Below, piece by piece: positions 29,455 through 39,159 of a stretch of 64,000 bases of DNA (position 1 is the first letter of the stretch; every line of letters starts with the position of its first letter). The notes below the pieces were generated by a model that saw only the letters and a list, made by a program, of their open reading frames with translations, searched no databases and was not told the origin of the DNA. The position numbers and the translations under genes were made by a program. The DNA lies in the sequence record SRR33789315_61. One strand, given 5' to 3'.

Positions 29455-31425
29455 ATGAAAAGAGCATACTATTCCTGTCCCCTAAAGGATTTTATTAAAG
29501 AATCTGAAAATAGCATTCTAGGTAAGCTAACATTTTCGCACACCAACAGAAGTTTAACAGACTTGCAACGGAATGCATGGATAAAGCAAATTCGTATTCT
29601 AAAGGAAAAATTGATAGGATATGATGGGAAGATTTATTTTGAATTTGCAATTCCCAGAATGGGAAAACGGGTTGACAATATTTTAATAATACAGAATACT
29701 GTTTTTATTCTAGAATTTAAAATTGGTGAATCAACCTTCAAAAAAAGTGATAGCGATCAAGTTATCGACTATACCATTGATTTAAAGAACTTTCATGAAG
29801 GAAGTCATCATCTTAAGCTTATACCAATTTTAATTGCTACAAAAGCAACAAATGAAATTCTAGAAGCTAACAAAATAACCTCATACTCTTTCGCAGCTAA
29901 AGCAAATGAGAATAATTTGGATAGAATTCTTTCAAGTTTTATTGATCCCCAAAAAGAATTAATAAACATTAAAACTTGGGAAGAATCAATATATAAACCA
30001 ACTCCTACCATTATTGAAGCTGCACAAGCTCTTTATAAAGGACATAATGTTGAAGAAATAACACGCTCAGATTCGGGAGCAATTAACTTATCAAAAACTT
30101 CAACCTGTTTAAACGAAATAATAGAGTTTTCTAAGACAAACAGAATAAAGTCAATTTGTTTTGTGACTGGAGTTCCAGGAGCAGGGAAAACGCTAGCCGG
30201 TTTAAATGTTGCTAATCAACGCATGAATGCAGACAAAGATGAACATGCTGTATTTCTTTCTGGAAATGGTCCACTCGTTCAAGTATTAAGAGAAGCGCTG
30301 ACAAGAGACGAAGTACTCACCTCCAAAATAGCTGAAACTCCAATTACCAAAAAGCAAGCAGCCATAAAAGCAAATGCTTTTATTCAAAACATTCATCATT
30401 TTAGAGATGACAATCTACAATCTAATAAAGCTCCTATAGAAAAAGTGGTGGTTTTTGATGAAGCTCAACGAGCTTGGACAAAGGAGCAAGCAAGCTCCTT
30501 TATTAAAAGAAAAAAAGGCATAGAAGATTTCAACATGTCTGAACCGGAGTTTTTAATCGATGTAATGAACCGGCATTCAGATTTTTGCACAATAATTTGT
30601 TTAATCGGCGGCGGTCAGGAAATTAATACTGGAGAAGCAGGGCTTGAAGAATGGGTAGTTTCACTAAAAGATCATTTTCCTAATTGGAGAATACATTTTT
30701 CGAATCTAATAATTGAAAATCAAAATTATTTAAAAAGCAACTCATTAAAAGAATGGCTTGTATTAAACGGACAAGTGCATCAAGAGCTACATCTTGCTGT
30801 ATCAATTCGATCTTTCCGTTCTGAAAAGTTATCTCATTTTATAGAAGAACTTTTAGATCTAAATCTAAATACTGCAATTGATTTATTTAAAGAAATAAAA
30901 GAAGTCTACCCTATTTTACTTACTAGAAATTTAACGATAGCAAAAGAATGGTTAAGAGCTAATACTAAAGGAACAGAAAGAATCGGACTTATAGGTTCAT
31001 CTGGTGCACGCAGACTTAGACCGCTTGGTATAGATGTGAAAAATGAAATAGCTCCTCCAAATTGGTTTTTAAATCAGAGCAACGATATAAGATCCTCTTA
31101 TTTTCTGGAAGAAGTTGCAACAGAATTTGACATACAAGGCCTCGAAATTGACTGGGCGTGTGTTGCATGGGGTGCCAATTTTTATATGGAAAACAATCAA
31201 TGGAATTATCAAAATTTCAAAGGTACAAAGTGGCAAAAAATACATCAAGAACTTCAAATGAACTATTTAAAAAATACCTATCGAGTACTACTTACTCGGG
31301 CAAGACAAGGCATGATAATATACCTCCCTGAAAGTTCTTCAACCGATCATACACGTCTTTCTAAATATTATCAAGAAACATATAATTATTTAAAAAAAGT
31401 CGGACTGATCGAATTATATTCCTAA
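29455..31425 (+). CDS. DUF2075-like (Schlafen group 3-like) helicase with N-terminal PD-(D/E)XK-like domain
   Basis: N-terminal FEF...RVD...LEFK, Walker A GVPGAGKT, Walker B VVVFDEAQR, IQGLEID, YRVLLTRARQG. Confidence 0.8.
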   Translation: MKRAYYSCPLKDFIKESENSILGKLTFSHTNRSLTDLQRNAWIKQIRILKEKLIGYDGKIYFEFAIPRMGKRVDNILIIQNTVFILEFKIGESTFKKSDSDQVIDYTIDLKNFHEGSHHLKLIPILIATKATNEILEANKITSYSFAAKANENNLDRILSSFIDPQKELINIKTWEESIYKPTPTIIEAAQALYKGHNVEEITRSDSGAINLSKTSTCLNEIIEFSKTNRIKSICFVTGVPGAGKTLAGLNVANQRMNADKDEHAVFLSGNGPLVQVLREALTRDEVLTSKIAETPITKKQAAIKANAFIQNIHHFRDDNLQSNKAPIEKVVVFDEAQRAWTKEQASSFIKRKKGIEDFNMSEPEFLIDVMNRHSDFCTIICLIGGGQEINTGEAGLEEWVVSLKDHFPNWRIHFSNLIIENQNYLKSNSLKEWLVLNGQVHQELHLAVSIRSFRSEKLSHFIEELLDLNLNTAIDLFKEIKEVYPILLTRNLTIAKEWLRANTKGTERIGLIGSSGARRLRPLGIDVKNEIAPPNWFLNQSNDIRSSYFLEEVATEFDIQGLEIDWACVAWGANFYMENNQWNYQNFKGTKWQKIHQELQMNYLKNTYRVLLTRARQGMIIYLPESSSTDHTRLSKYYQETYNYLKKVGLIELYS

Positions 31426-31493
31426 CTATTCCAGGATGGAAAACCTTTAGAAAACGACTTTTTTCCTATTTTTAGACCTTAATAAAAACCCCA

Positions 31494-31817
31494 ATGGATT
31501 CCTGTAAAAACTGCGCTACTAAATTCACCCTCTGGACTGTCTTAAAAAGCTTTTTAAGCAATTATAAAAATATCACTTGCCCTAATTGTGGTGCGGTACA
31601 TAAGCATAAATTGATCAACCGAATCTTTGGAGCCGCTTTTATCGCTGTGTCGCTGGCAATGGCAAATCCGTTACCTGTATTGCGGGATTTCACCCTTAGC
31701 GGTGCTTTAAAATGCTTGCTAATTTTCTTGGTATGCTATATTTGGTTGGCTGGACTGGCTTCTTTTTGGTCCAGATTTAAATTAGTGGAAGCTGGAGATT
31801 CAAAGGTGACTAGCTAA
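31494..31817 (+). CDS. Small CxxC-N21-CxxC zinc-ribbon membrane protein
   Basis: CKNC...CPNC followed by two hydrophobic segments. Confidence 0.65.
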   Translation: MDSCKNCATKFTLWTVLKSFLSNYKNITCPNCGAVHKHKLINRIFGAAFIAVSLAMANPLPVLRDFTLSGALKCLLIFLVCYIWLAGLASFWSRFKLVEAGDSKVTS

Positions 31818-32608
31818 TTATCCTTTTCGATATGCGTTACCTCAACCCATTGTGTGGTTGAATGTACGGCAGGCCCAAACTGATTGTAAACCGCCACATC
31901 TGCAGCATCACGGCCAAAACCCAATGCCACATAACCTCCTTTTTGTCCGTAATGGGTCGCATCAAAAGTATACCAGCGACCTGCGATATAGGCTTCAAAC
32001 CACGCGTGCATGTCCATAGGTTTCAGATTATACAAATAACCTACCACCATACGCGCAGGAATGCTAAGACTGCGACATAATGCAATACCCAAATGCGCCA
32101 AATCCCGACATACACCCGATTGCATATTGTTGACATCTACTGCAGAAAGCGGAAAAGCACTGCTTCCGGGAATATACTTGATGTTCGTGCGCAACCAGTT
32201 CTCAATAGCTGCAACCTGATCGTAACCCGGTAAATAACCTAAGGTAATCGAAGTTGCAAGATCACCAAAGCGATCTGACTCACAATAACGACTGGGCAAA
32301 AGATAACTTAGCACTGCATCTGGAAGATTCTGGATTTCTACAAAAGGAGCGCCGGGAGCTTCATCCACAAATTCTGCGATTTTTACGTCGGCATTGGTAC
32401 GTATGGTAAAAATTCCGGGAGGAGCCATTAAACGCTGGCAGAGATTGCCGTAATTATCGGTGAACTCAAAGGTGGATACACTTGGATAAACCTTATACTC
32501 TTCGCGTGCAACCCATTGTTGGGTTCCGCTACGCGGCCTTAACATCAAAATAAATGGTGTTGGTATAGAAATATTGAAGGTTAATTCACAGCTGGTTCGT
32601 AACCACAT
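31814..32608 (-). CDS. Transglutaminase-like protein
   Basis: Cys-His-Asp triad motifs [24 protein letters not shown]. Confidence 0.9.
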   Translation of the reverse strand: MWLRTSCELTFNISIPTPFILMLRPRSGTQQWVAREEYKVYPSVSTFEFTDNYGNLCQRLMAPPGIFTIRTNADVKIAEFVDEAPGAPFVEIQNLPDAVLSYLLPSRYCESDRFGDLATSITLGYLPGYDQVAAIENWLRTNIKYIPGSSAFPLSAVDVNNMQSGVCRDLAHLGIALCRSLSIPARMVVGYLYNLKPMDMHAWFEAYIAGRWYTFDATHYGQKGGYVALGFGRDAADVAVYNQFGPAVHSTTQWVEVTHIEKDN

Positions 32609-32719
32609 ACCCTTTTTATTAAGTTGAGCTGTATGTTAAAATACGCTAACAAGATCGGTTATTATCACCGTATGAATGTATGGTATTTTAATAAATAAGG
32701 TGCTATTGTTGAAAGGGAA

Positions 32720-33946
32720 TTATTTATTCTTTTCCTCAATCCATTTACTCATAAACTTGCTTGCTTGCAGGGATTGATGCTGTAACATCGCCCCCGTAAA
32801 ATTACGTAAACGGTGTTCTTGCAAATGACCTTGGCAGGTCTTGATCGCATAGATAAAAAGCGGAAACCATTCGGTTTTTAAAAATTGTTTATTAATCAAA
32901 TCCACGCAATTTTTTTGTACCTCTTCCCATAGGTTTTTATCCGTATATAATTTTATGGCTGCTGCGGCAAAGGTTTCAGGATCGTCGGTCACCGCTCCGT
33001 TCCACGGAAAGTTATTTTGCATGCCTTCTGCTCCCACCGTTGTGGTAACTGTGGGCGTTCCTGTTTCTAAAGCGTCCAGCAATTTGCCTTTTAGCCCGGC
33101 TCCTATGCGTAATGGAGCCAGTAAAATCTTTGAATGGGCAATCACTTCCTGCGCACTTGCTGCACGACCTGCAATAAGAAATCCGTCTTTGGGATTGTGG
33201 AGCTGATCCACTTTTTGGGTAGCATAACTTCCATAAATATGCAAATTGGCTTCTGGTAGTCTTTTCCGGATCAAGGGCCAAATGGTCTGTTTTAAATACA
33301 ATACCGCATCCCAATTGGGCAGATGTCTAAACATCCCAATGGTCATAAAATCGATACGTTGCTCAAACGGCTTCCAATTTTTTACGGTAGTTTCAGTTAT
33401 AGCATCAACCATAAAAGGTACATAAAGTAACAATCGCTTTGGGACACCATAAAAACCCGTGAGTATTTCTATTTCGGCTTTCGAAATAATCAGTGACAAA
33501 TCACAACGATATATACTGGCAATTTCCCGTTTGGCATAATCATTTACCAGATCCTTTTCGGTAAAGTCATGATTTGCCTTTAAAGCCTGCTCTCTACCCT
33601 TCCGCAAGCCGTGAATGTCTATAGTATCTAGCATTTTTAAGGCATATGGACAATTTTCGGTAATACGCCAACCAAATTGTTCTTCGACCATAAAACGATC
33701 AAAAAGCACCAAATCAGGTTGTAGTGCTTTCGCGAAAGCATCAAAAGAAACATCATTCATCGCCACCAAATGCGTATGAATACCCATTGCTTCCAGATCT
33801 ATTGAAAAATCTGTACGTGAGGAGACACTGGCAAAATGCAATTCCCAATGCTGTTGTTGAAACGCTTCTATTAACTGCATTAACCTACTCCCTGCGGCAG
33901 AAGAATTGGGCTCTGGCCATACTTGACCAATGATAAGAACTTTCAT
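32720..33946 (-). CDS. GT-B (GT4-like) glycosyltransferase
   Basis: WPEP.SSAAG N-terminus and APLRIGAGLKGKLLDA..GTPTVTT.VGAEG C-terminal motif. Confidence 0.85.
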   Translation of the reverse strand: MKVLIIGQVWPEPNSSAAGSRLMQLIEAFQQQHWELHFASVSSRTDFSIDLEAMGIHTHLVAMNDVSFDAFAKALQPDLVLFDRFMVEEQFGWRITENCPYALKMLDTIDIHGLRKGREQALKANHDFTEKDLVNDYAKREIASIYRCDLSLIISKAEIEILTGFYGVPKRLLLYVPFMVDAITETTVKNWKPFEQRIDFMTIGMFRHLPNWDAVLYLKQTIWPLIRKRLPEANLHIYGSYATQKVDQLHNPKDGFLIAGRAASAQEVIAHSKILLAPLRIGAGLKGKLLDALETGTPTVTTTVGAEGMQNNFPWNGAVTDDPETFAAAAIKLYTDKNLWEEVQKNCVDLINKQFLKTEWFPLFIYAIKTCQGHLQEHRLRNFTGAMLQHQSLQASKFMSKWIEEKNK

Positions 33947-33992
33947 AACGGTAAAGATAGTTTTTAGTTTTCTACGGAATTTTAATATAAAG

Positions 33993-34016
33993 TTTCAATA
34001 CTTACTGAAAGTTTAA
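33993..34016. promoter_or_regulatory. Putative operator 1 for the GbsR/MarR regulator
   Basis: TTTCA-ATACTTAC-TGAAAGTTTAA palindrome just upstream of the -7 box; second copy at 34561-34584. Confidence 0.75.
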
Positions 34017-34026
34017 AAACATTTTA

Positions 34027-34034
34027 TATCTTTG
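34027..34034 (+). promoter_or_regulatory. -7 element, probably giving a leaderless transcript
   Basis: TATCTTTG ends 4 nt before the ATG at 34039. Confidence 0.7.
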
Positions 34035-34038
34035 AGGT

Positions 34039-34542
34039 ATGAAATTTAAAGAAGGTAAATCTAAGTTTTTGCAAAGTTGGGGTGCATTGGGCTCTCAATG
34101 GGGAATCAATAAAACCATGGCACAAATTCACGGCTTGTTGATGATCACTCCCGATGCACTTTCTATGGAAGAAATTATGGAAGAACTTCAAATTTCGCGC
34201 GGTAACACGAGTATGAACTTGCGGGCGTTAATCGATTGGGGGATTATTTTTAAAGAATACAAACGGGGAGAACGCAAGGAATACTTTCGGGCAGAGCAAG
34301 ATATTGATGCCTTGGCACGTAAAATTGCTATAGAGCGCAGTAGACGTGAAATAAAACCTGCGATCGCGGTTTTAGCTGATATCCAAAATATTGAAGATGC
34401 GACTTCTAAAGAAGCGATTCAGTTTAAAGCGAAAACCAAAGAACTGTATGAATTTGTGTCTAAAGCCGATACCATGCTAGAAAAAATCGTGAACCAAAAA
34501 GAGAACTGGATCACTAAAACCATCATGAAGTTGATGGGGTAA
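34039..34542 (+). CDS. GbsR/MarR-family transcriptional regulator
   Basis: WG..GSQWGINKTMAQIH, wHTH LQISRGNTSMNLRALIDWG, GERKEYF. Confidence 0.9.
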   Translation: MKFKEGKSKFLQSWGALGSQWGINKTMAQIHGLLMITPDALSMEEIMEELQISRGNTSMNLRALIDWGIIFKEYKRGERKEYFRAEQDIDALARKIAIERSRREIKPAIAVLADIQNIEDATSKEAIQFKAKTKELYEFVSKADTMLEKIVNQKENWITKTIMKLMG

Positions 34543-34560
34543 TATTTTTTTAATTATATA

Positions 34561-34584
34561 TTTCATTTATTTCTGAAAGTTTAA
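34561..34584. promoter_or_regulatory. Putative operator 2 for the GbsR/MarR regulator
   Basis: TTTCA-TTTATTTC-TGAAAGTTTAA immediately before the ATG at 34586. Confidence 0.75.
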
Positions 34585-34585
34585 T

Positions 34586-34933
34586 ATGAATTATAACTTG
34601 ACCACCTATTTGCTCTACTCGCTTATTATGTTTACCATCATTCTGCGGGTAGGTTTGATTTGTCACCGTAATGGTTTGGCTTTTATTCTGGATGTGATAC
34701 ACGAGGAGACGATAGGAAAACGCATCAACAACTTGCTTCTTACGGGATATTATCTGGTCAATTTAGGATATGTGTTATACAGCATTCAAGATTGGGAAAT
34801 ACTTTCAACAAGCAATCAAATTATAGAAGCTCTTGCGGCACATATTTCAACATTATTACTCCTACTCGGAATACTTCATTTTTTCAATATTTTCTTTATA
34901 ACCAAAATACTACCACAGTTTATTAAATCTTAA
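34586..34933 (+). CDS. Small 3-TM membrane protein A
   Basis: Hydrophobic; INNLLLTGYYLVNLGY motif shared with the next gene. Confidence 0.75.
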   Translation: MNYNLTTYLLYSLIMFTIILRVGLICHRNGLAFILDVIHEETIGKRINNLLLTGYYLVNLGYVLYSIQDWEILSTSNQIIEALAAHISTLLLLLGILHFFNIFFITKILPQFIKS

Positions 34934-34943
34934 ATCAACACGT

Positions 34944-35330
34944 ATGGAAACTTCAAAAATTTTAATCGGTTATCTTATTTATTTACCCATCGCTATTGGC
35001 TTGACGCTTTTTGTCTCCAACATTCTTTTTAAAAACGGAAAGCTTTTTATGATCGACATCTTTAAGGGAAAAGAAGAAATTGCCTCAGCCACAAACAAAT
35101 TATTTAAGGTTGGTTTTTACCTATTAAACATAGGCTTTGCATTGCTTATCTTAAAAATAAGCAAGTATGGTTTTGACAATACCTATCAAAATCTGGTAGA
35201 AATCCTGAGCTCCAAAATCGGTGGGTTTACCATCTATCTGGGGATGATGTTGTTTTTTAATCTCTTCTTGTTTTTTAGAGGAAGAAAGAAATCCAGACAG
35301 AATGCTATTCCTACTAAAAACCTATCATGA
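34944..35330 (+). CDS. Small 3-TM membrane protein B (paralogue of A)
   Basis: Hydrophobic; TNKLFKVGFYLLNIGF motif; basic tail RGRKKSR. Confidence 0.75.
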   Translation: METSKILIGYLIYLPIAIGLTLFVSNILFKNGKLFMIDIFKGKEEIASATNKLFKVGFYLLNIGFALLILKISKYGFDNTYQNLVEILSSKIGGFTIYLGMMLFFNLFLFFRGRKKSRQNAIPTKNLS

Positions 35331-35824
35331 TGGATCGCTCAACTGCTCAACAAATTGGTAGCCAATGGGGATTGGCATTAGTGACCACAGGAACTTTAAT
35401 TGCCTATTTAATTCCGGCAACCTTATTTACTAACGACGGCAAGATTGATTGGTTATGGATTTTAGATTGGGACTATTGGTTCAATCTCTTTATAGGATTA
35501 GGCATCTTCTTTTTTCTTGGGTATTATTTTGGAAAAAAGGCTGGATATCAGATCTTGATTAAGAAAAGAAATCCGTATTTAATAGGAGTCTCCTATAGCT
35601 TGCTCACGTTGTTTTGCACAGCGTTCTTATGTGGATGGACAGGATTTTTCCAAGAAGGTATTGATGACTTAAGTTATTCTATTACCGAACCCTTTGTAGA
35701 TTATATCGTGAAACCATTATATTGGATTAGCCTCTTTGGATTTCTACCTGCATTGATTTGTGGGCTATTTTTTGGAAAAGGGATTCAGTATTGTGGGAAT
35801 AAAAAGCTACTCGCTCCCGAGTGA
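35327..35824 (+). CDS. Hypothetical 4-TM membrane protein
   Basis: ATGA overlap with the upstream gene; four hydrophobic segments. Confidence 0.65.
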   Translation: MMDRSTAQQIGSQWGLALVTTGTLIAYLIPATLFTNDGKIDWLWILDWDYWFNLFIGLGIFFFLGYYFGKKAGYQILIKKRNPYLIGVSYSLLTLFCTAFLCGWTGFFQEGIDDLSYSITEPFVDYIVKPLYWISLFGFLPALICGLFFGKGIQYCGNKKLLAPE

Positions 35825-35929
35825 CATCGCTGTCATTTCGAACCTAGTGAGAAATCACATTCCATTTTAACTATGCGACTTCTGCTCATCCCTATAAGGT
35901 CTCGACTGCGCTCGACCTGACACCCTTCG
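35824..35929. repeat. Direct repeat copy L (REPIN-like doublet)
   Basis: 106 bp matching 39182-39286 with 5 substitutions and 1 indel by manual alignment. Confidence 0.9.
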
Positions 35930-36061
35930 TCAAGCTGCTGTGATTTACAAAAAGGAGCGTTAAAAATCAAAAAAAAACATAAAAATAGCTATCTTGAAAT
36001 AAGCTTAACAACAAAAGAGTAAACCTAAATGCTCAACCTTTTTTAGGATAAGACAAACAAA

Positions 36062-38842
36062 ATGAAACTAATTAGATTATTAGCTATTCTATTTTTATTG
36101 ACATCAAAATCTTATTCACAAGATTTTATTACGCCTTCATTAAAAAATTCTTTTGCCTTAAATCATCATACCAACAGAGATGTTGATTATTTTTCTATGG
36201 TAGATCATAATGAAAATATTATTTCTATTGCTACCACAGAAAGAGATTCAACCTTTACCGATATCTTAACCACGAAGTTAGATGTTGATTTAAAAGAACT
36301 ATGGCAAAAGCGCTTTTCTTTGGAAACTAGCTTATCTTATGACATACCATTAAATTCAATTATAGATGATAATAATAACATCTATATAGTTGGTAGAAGT
36401 GCTACAGATCAATCATCACAAAATGGACTTTTATTTGTGGTGAAATATGACACGAATGGTAAAGAATTATGGTTTTTAAATTTAGATGATTATAATGATT
36501 CCTTGAGTGATGATTATTTATACCAAAATTCTTTTATTGATGATAATGGATTTTTACATATAGTTCATGCAAAATCCAACCAAACCTACACAGCAGCTAA
36601 ATTTTACTTTTACACCATTAATAAATCAGGTGTTATAACAGAAACTTTTTCTAGAGAAGATCTAGTTAATGACTTCGATAGTGAATTTACGGAACTCTCC
36701 TATGAATTTTTTTATAAAAACAATGAATATTACTTATTATACAGAAGATATGACTATTCTTCTGGTTATGATCATTTTATAAAAAAAATAAATAATAATT
36801 CGCTTGAAAATTATCCTTTAAATGCTCTAATAGATGCTAACGATACTTCTTTTTTTAGCCAAGGCAAGTTTGAAGTAGATTCTAATTCAAATATATATTT
36901 AGGGTATCAATCTAGTAACTCAGATGTATTCAAATTATTGAAGATTGATTCTACCGGTGATTTAATATACAATATAGTATCACCAGCTTCTTATGATAAA
37001 GATATTCTTGCGTTGTATTTGAATAAGAATTCAAATTTATCCATTTTAAGTAATAGCAAAATAACAGCGTCTTCTGAAGAGAAAACATTGAACTTATTAG
37101 TGTATGATGATTATGGCAATATCATGAATGATATAAATACAACATCAACATTTGTTAATGGATTAAAAGCCTATCCTGAAGATCAATCAATACTCGTATT
37201 TTCTAATGGTAACTTTAAGCTATTTGATAATACTTCATTAAATCTTATTTCGGAATTTTCCGGCGCATATAACAACTTTAATGATTTTAATAAAATTAAT
37301 CATTCAAGTTTAGTTTTTTCTAGAACTACCTTTCAGCAAATGTATACCGGTTCAGATTTTGCAACACAACAAGATTTAGAGATTAAAAAAATTGATAATA
37401 GCCAAGTTCTAAATACGTATAATTTTTCTGGTGTTGGAACCTCAAAGGCCTATAACCAAATTATTTTGTTAGATCACAATAATAACACATTAATTATTGC
37501 TCAAGAAAAATTAGGTCCTGATAACTTGTCCATAGGAGGATCTAGAGCCCCAATAAATAGAAGTCTTTATAAATATGATACGAACTTAAATTTATTATGG
37601 CATACAGATTTTTCAAATAGTATCGTTGAGACTAACACCGATAGTGACAAAAATTATATTCTGGATGCGAATAACAACATTTATTTGAATACAGAATATT
37701 CAAATAATCAAACTAAATATTATGAGCTCATAAAGATATCTGAAAATGGAACGATTGTTTTTCAGGTTCCGAGTTATAGAAGTATCCATTTATATTTTGA
37801 TCAAAACAATAATTTAAATATGGTTTCACCACCTGGTATGGATGACGATGATACTATCATCTACACTATTAATCCAAATGACGGCACACTATTAAGCTCT
37901 AAAGTATTTGAAGGGTTAGCCTTTATGGAGTCGTTTCTCTCTAGGTCAGGAAATTCTTATATTTACATGTATACAGGAGACAATTCTTATGGTGACACCT
38001 CTCCAAAATTAAAAATCTATAAAAACCTTAATTTAGAATTTGAGACTAACCTAGCGATGACGGGAACGTATGAAAGCATTGATTATTACGCAGTTAACAA
38101 TAATGGAGATTTTAATTTTTCATCCTCTTGGGCGCAAATTAATCTAAAACTACATAGCATAACACTTCAAAATGAGTATAAATTTATAAATTTAAGTGAA
38201 AAAATAAGTCGATTAATTACTACTTCTAACGACAATATATTTACACTTAATGAAAGTGGATATATTAAAATATATAGTAATAATTTAAATTTATTGGCTA
38301 GTTCTACAAAAACATATTATGATATACCTTATTTACTCGAGGTAGGTAATTATATTTTTTTAAATACGTATTGGGACAATATTGTAAAAGTCTTTGATTA
38401 CAATGCTGTTGAAATTAACGAATTTAAATTACCAAGCTTCTTGTCATTTGAGTATGCCACTACTGATTCAAACAATGATTTAATTCTTACTGGAAAAAAT
38501 GGAAATCAAATATACACCTATCAGGAATACAGTTGGGCAAGGGGATTTGTTCATAAGTATGATTTTTCCAATTTTAATTTAAGTACTCTTATTAAATATG
38601 AAATAGATGCTCATCAACTAGCTGTTTTTCCAAATCCAACAAATCCAACAAGTTCAATAATAAAAATTGATAACTTAAACCATTCTATTTTAAATGTTAA
38701 ATTTTATAATTTAAATGGAACGTTTTTATTCAATACTAAGGAAAGCACTATAGATATTTCGAATTTGCCTCCATCTATTTATTTATTGAAAATTTATTTA
38801 GCTGATGGTACTACAGTCAATAAAAAGATAGTGAAAAAATGA
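36062..38842 (+). CDS. T9SS type-A CTD cargo protein with beta-propeller-like repeats
   Basis: Signal peptide; repeats IDDNNNIYIVG / VDSNSNIYLG / LDANNNIYLN / KYDTNG.ELW; C-terminal CTD VFPNP...YNLNG...IDISNLPPSIYLLKI...KKIVKK; visibly AT-rich. Confidence 0.85.
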   Translation: MKLIRLLAILFLLTSKSYSQDFITPSLKNSFALNHHTNRDVDYFSMVDHNENIISIATTERDSTFTDILTTKLDVDLKELWQKRFSLETSLSYDIPLNSIIDDNNNIYIVGRSATDQSSQNGLLFVVKYDTNGKELWFLNLDDYNDSLSDDYLYQNSFIDDNGFLHIVHAKSNQTYTAAKFYFYTINKSGVITETFSREDLVNDFDSEFTELSYEFFYKNNEYYLLYRRYDYSSGYDHFIKKINNNSLENYPLNALIDANDTSFFSQGKFEVDSNSNIYLGYQSSNSDVFKLLKIDSTGDLIYNIVSPASYDKDILALYLNKNSNLSILSNSKITASSEEKTLNLLVYDDYGNIMNDINTTSTFVNGLKAYPEDQSILVFSNGNFKLFDNTSLNLISEFSGAYNNFNDFNKINHSSLVFSRTTFQQMYTGSDFATQQDLEIKKIDNSQVLNTYNFSGVGTSKAYNQIILLDHNNNTLIIAQEKLGPDNLSIGGSRAPINRSLYKYDTNLNLLWHTDFSNSIVETNTDSDKNYILDANNNIYLNTEYSNNQTKYYELIKISENGTIVFQVPSYRSIHLYFDQNNNLNMVSPPGMDDDDTIIYTINPNDGTLLSSKVFEGLAFMESFLSRSGNSYIYMYTGDNSYGDTSPKLKIYKNLNLEFETNLAMTGTYESIDYYAVNNNGDFNFSSSWAQINLKLHSITLQNEYKFINLSEKISRLITTSNDNIFTLNESGYIKIYSNNLNLLASSTKTYYDIPYLLEVGNYIFLNTYWDNIVKVFDYNAVEINEFKLPSFLSFEYATTDSNNDLILTGKNGNQIYTYQEYSWARGFVHKYDFSNFNLSTLIKYEIDAHQLAVFPNPTNPTSSIIKIDNLNHSILNVKFYNLNGTFLFNTKESTIDISNLPPSIYLLKIYLADGTTVNKKIVKK

Positions 38843-39099
38843 CAATTCCTAATCTATAAAGAAAATTTATCAAGAAAAGATAAACTTATTTCACGCTAAA
38901 AATCAGAACCTTCTTCCCTTCCCTTTTTTTAACAACTCGTTGATAATCTAATACACGTCTATCCTAATAGATAAATTCGTATAAAACCGACTTAACAAAA
39001 ACGGGCGTTAAGAACTTAACGGTAGAGGTGTGAAGCTTTTTCCGCTTGTGATGAATTTTGGCAACGACAAAAGAAGTTCTAGAAAAAGTAGCCTTTGCT

Positions 39100-39159
39100 C
39101 AAAAAGTTTAGCTCGGTTTTGTTCCGGCTAGACTTTTTGGTCCGTTTTTCGGCAATGGA
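39100..39159. repeat. Hairpin repeat remnant similar in architecture to 27056-27275
   Basis: CAAAAAGTTTAGC...GCTAGACTTTTTG stem (39100-39139) followed by GTCCGTTTTTCGGCAATGGA. Confidence 0.5.
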
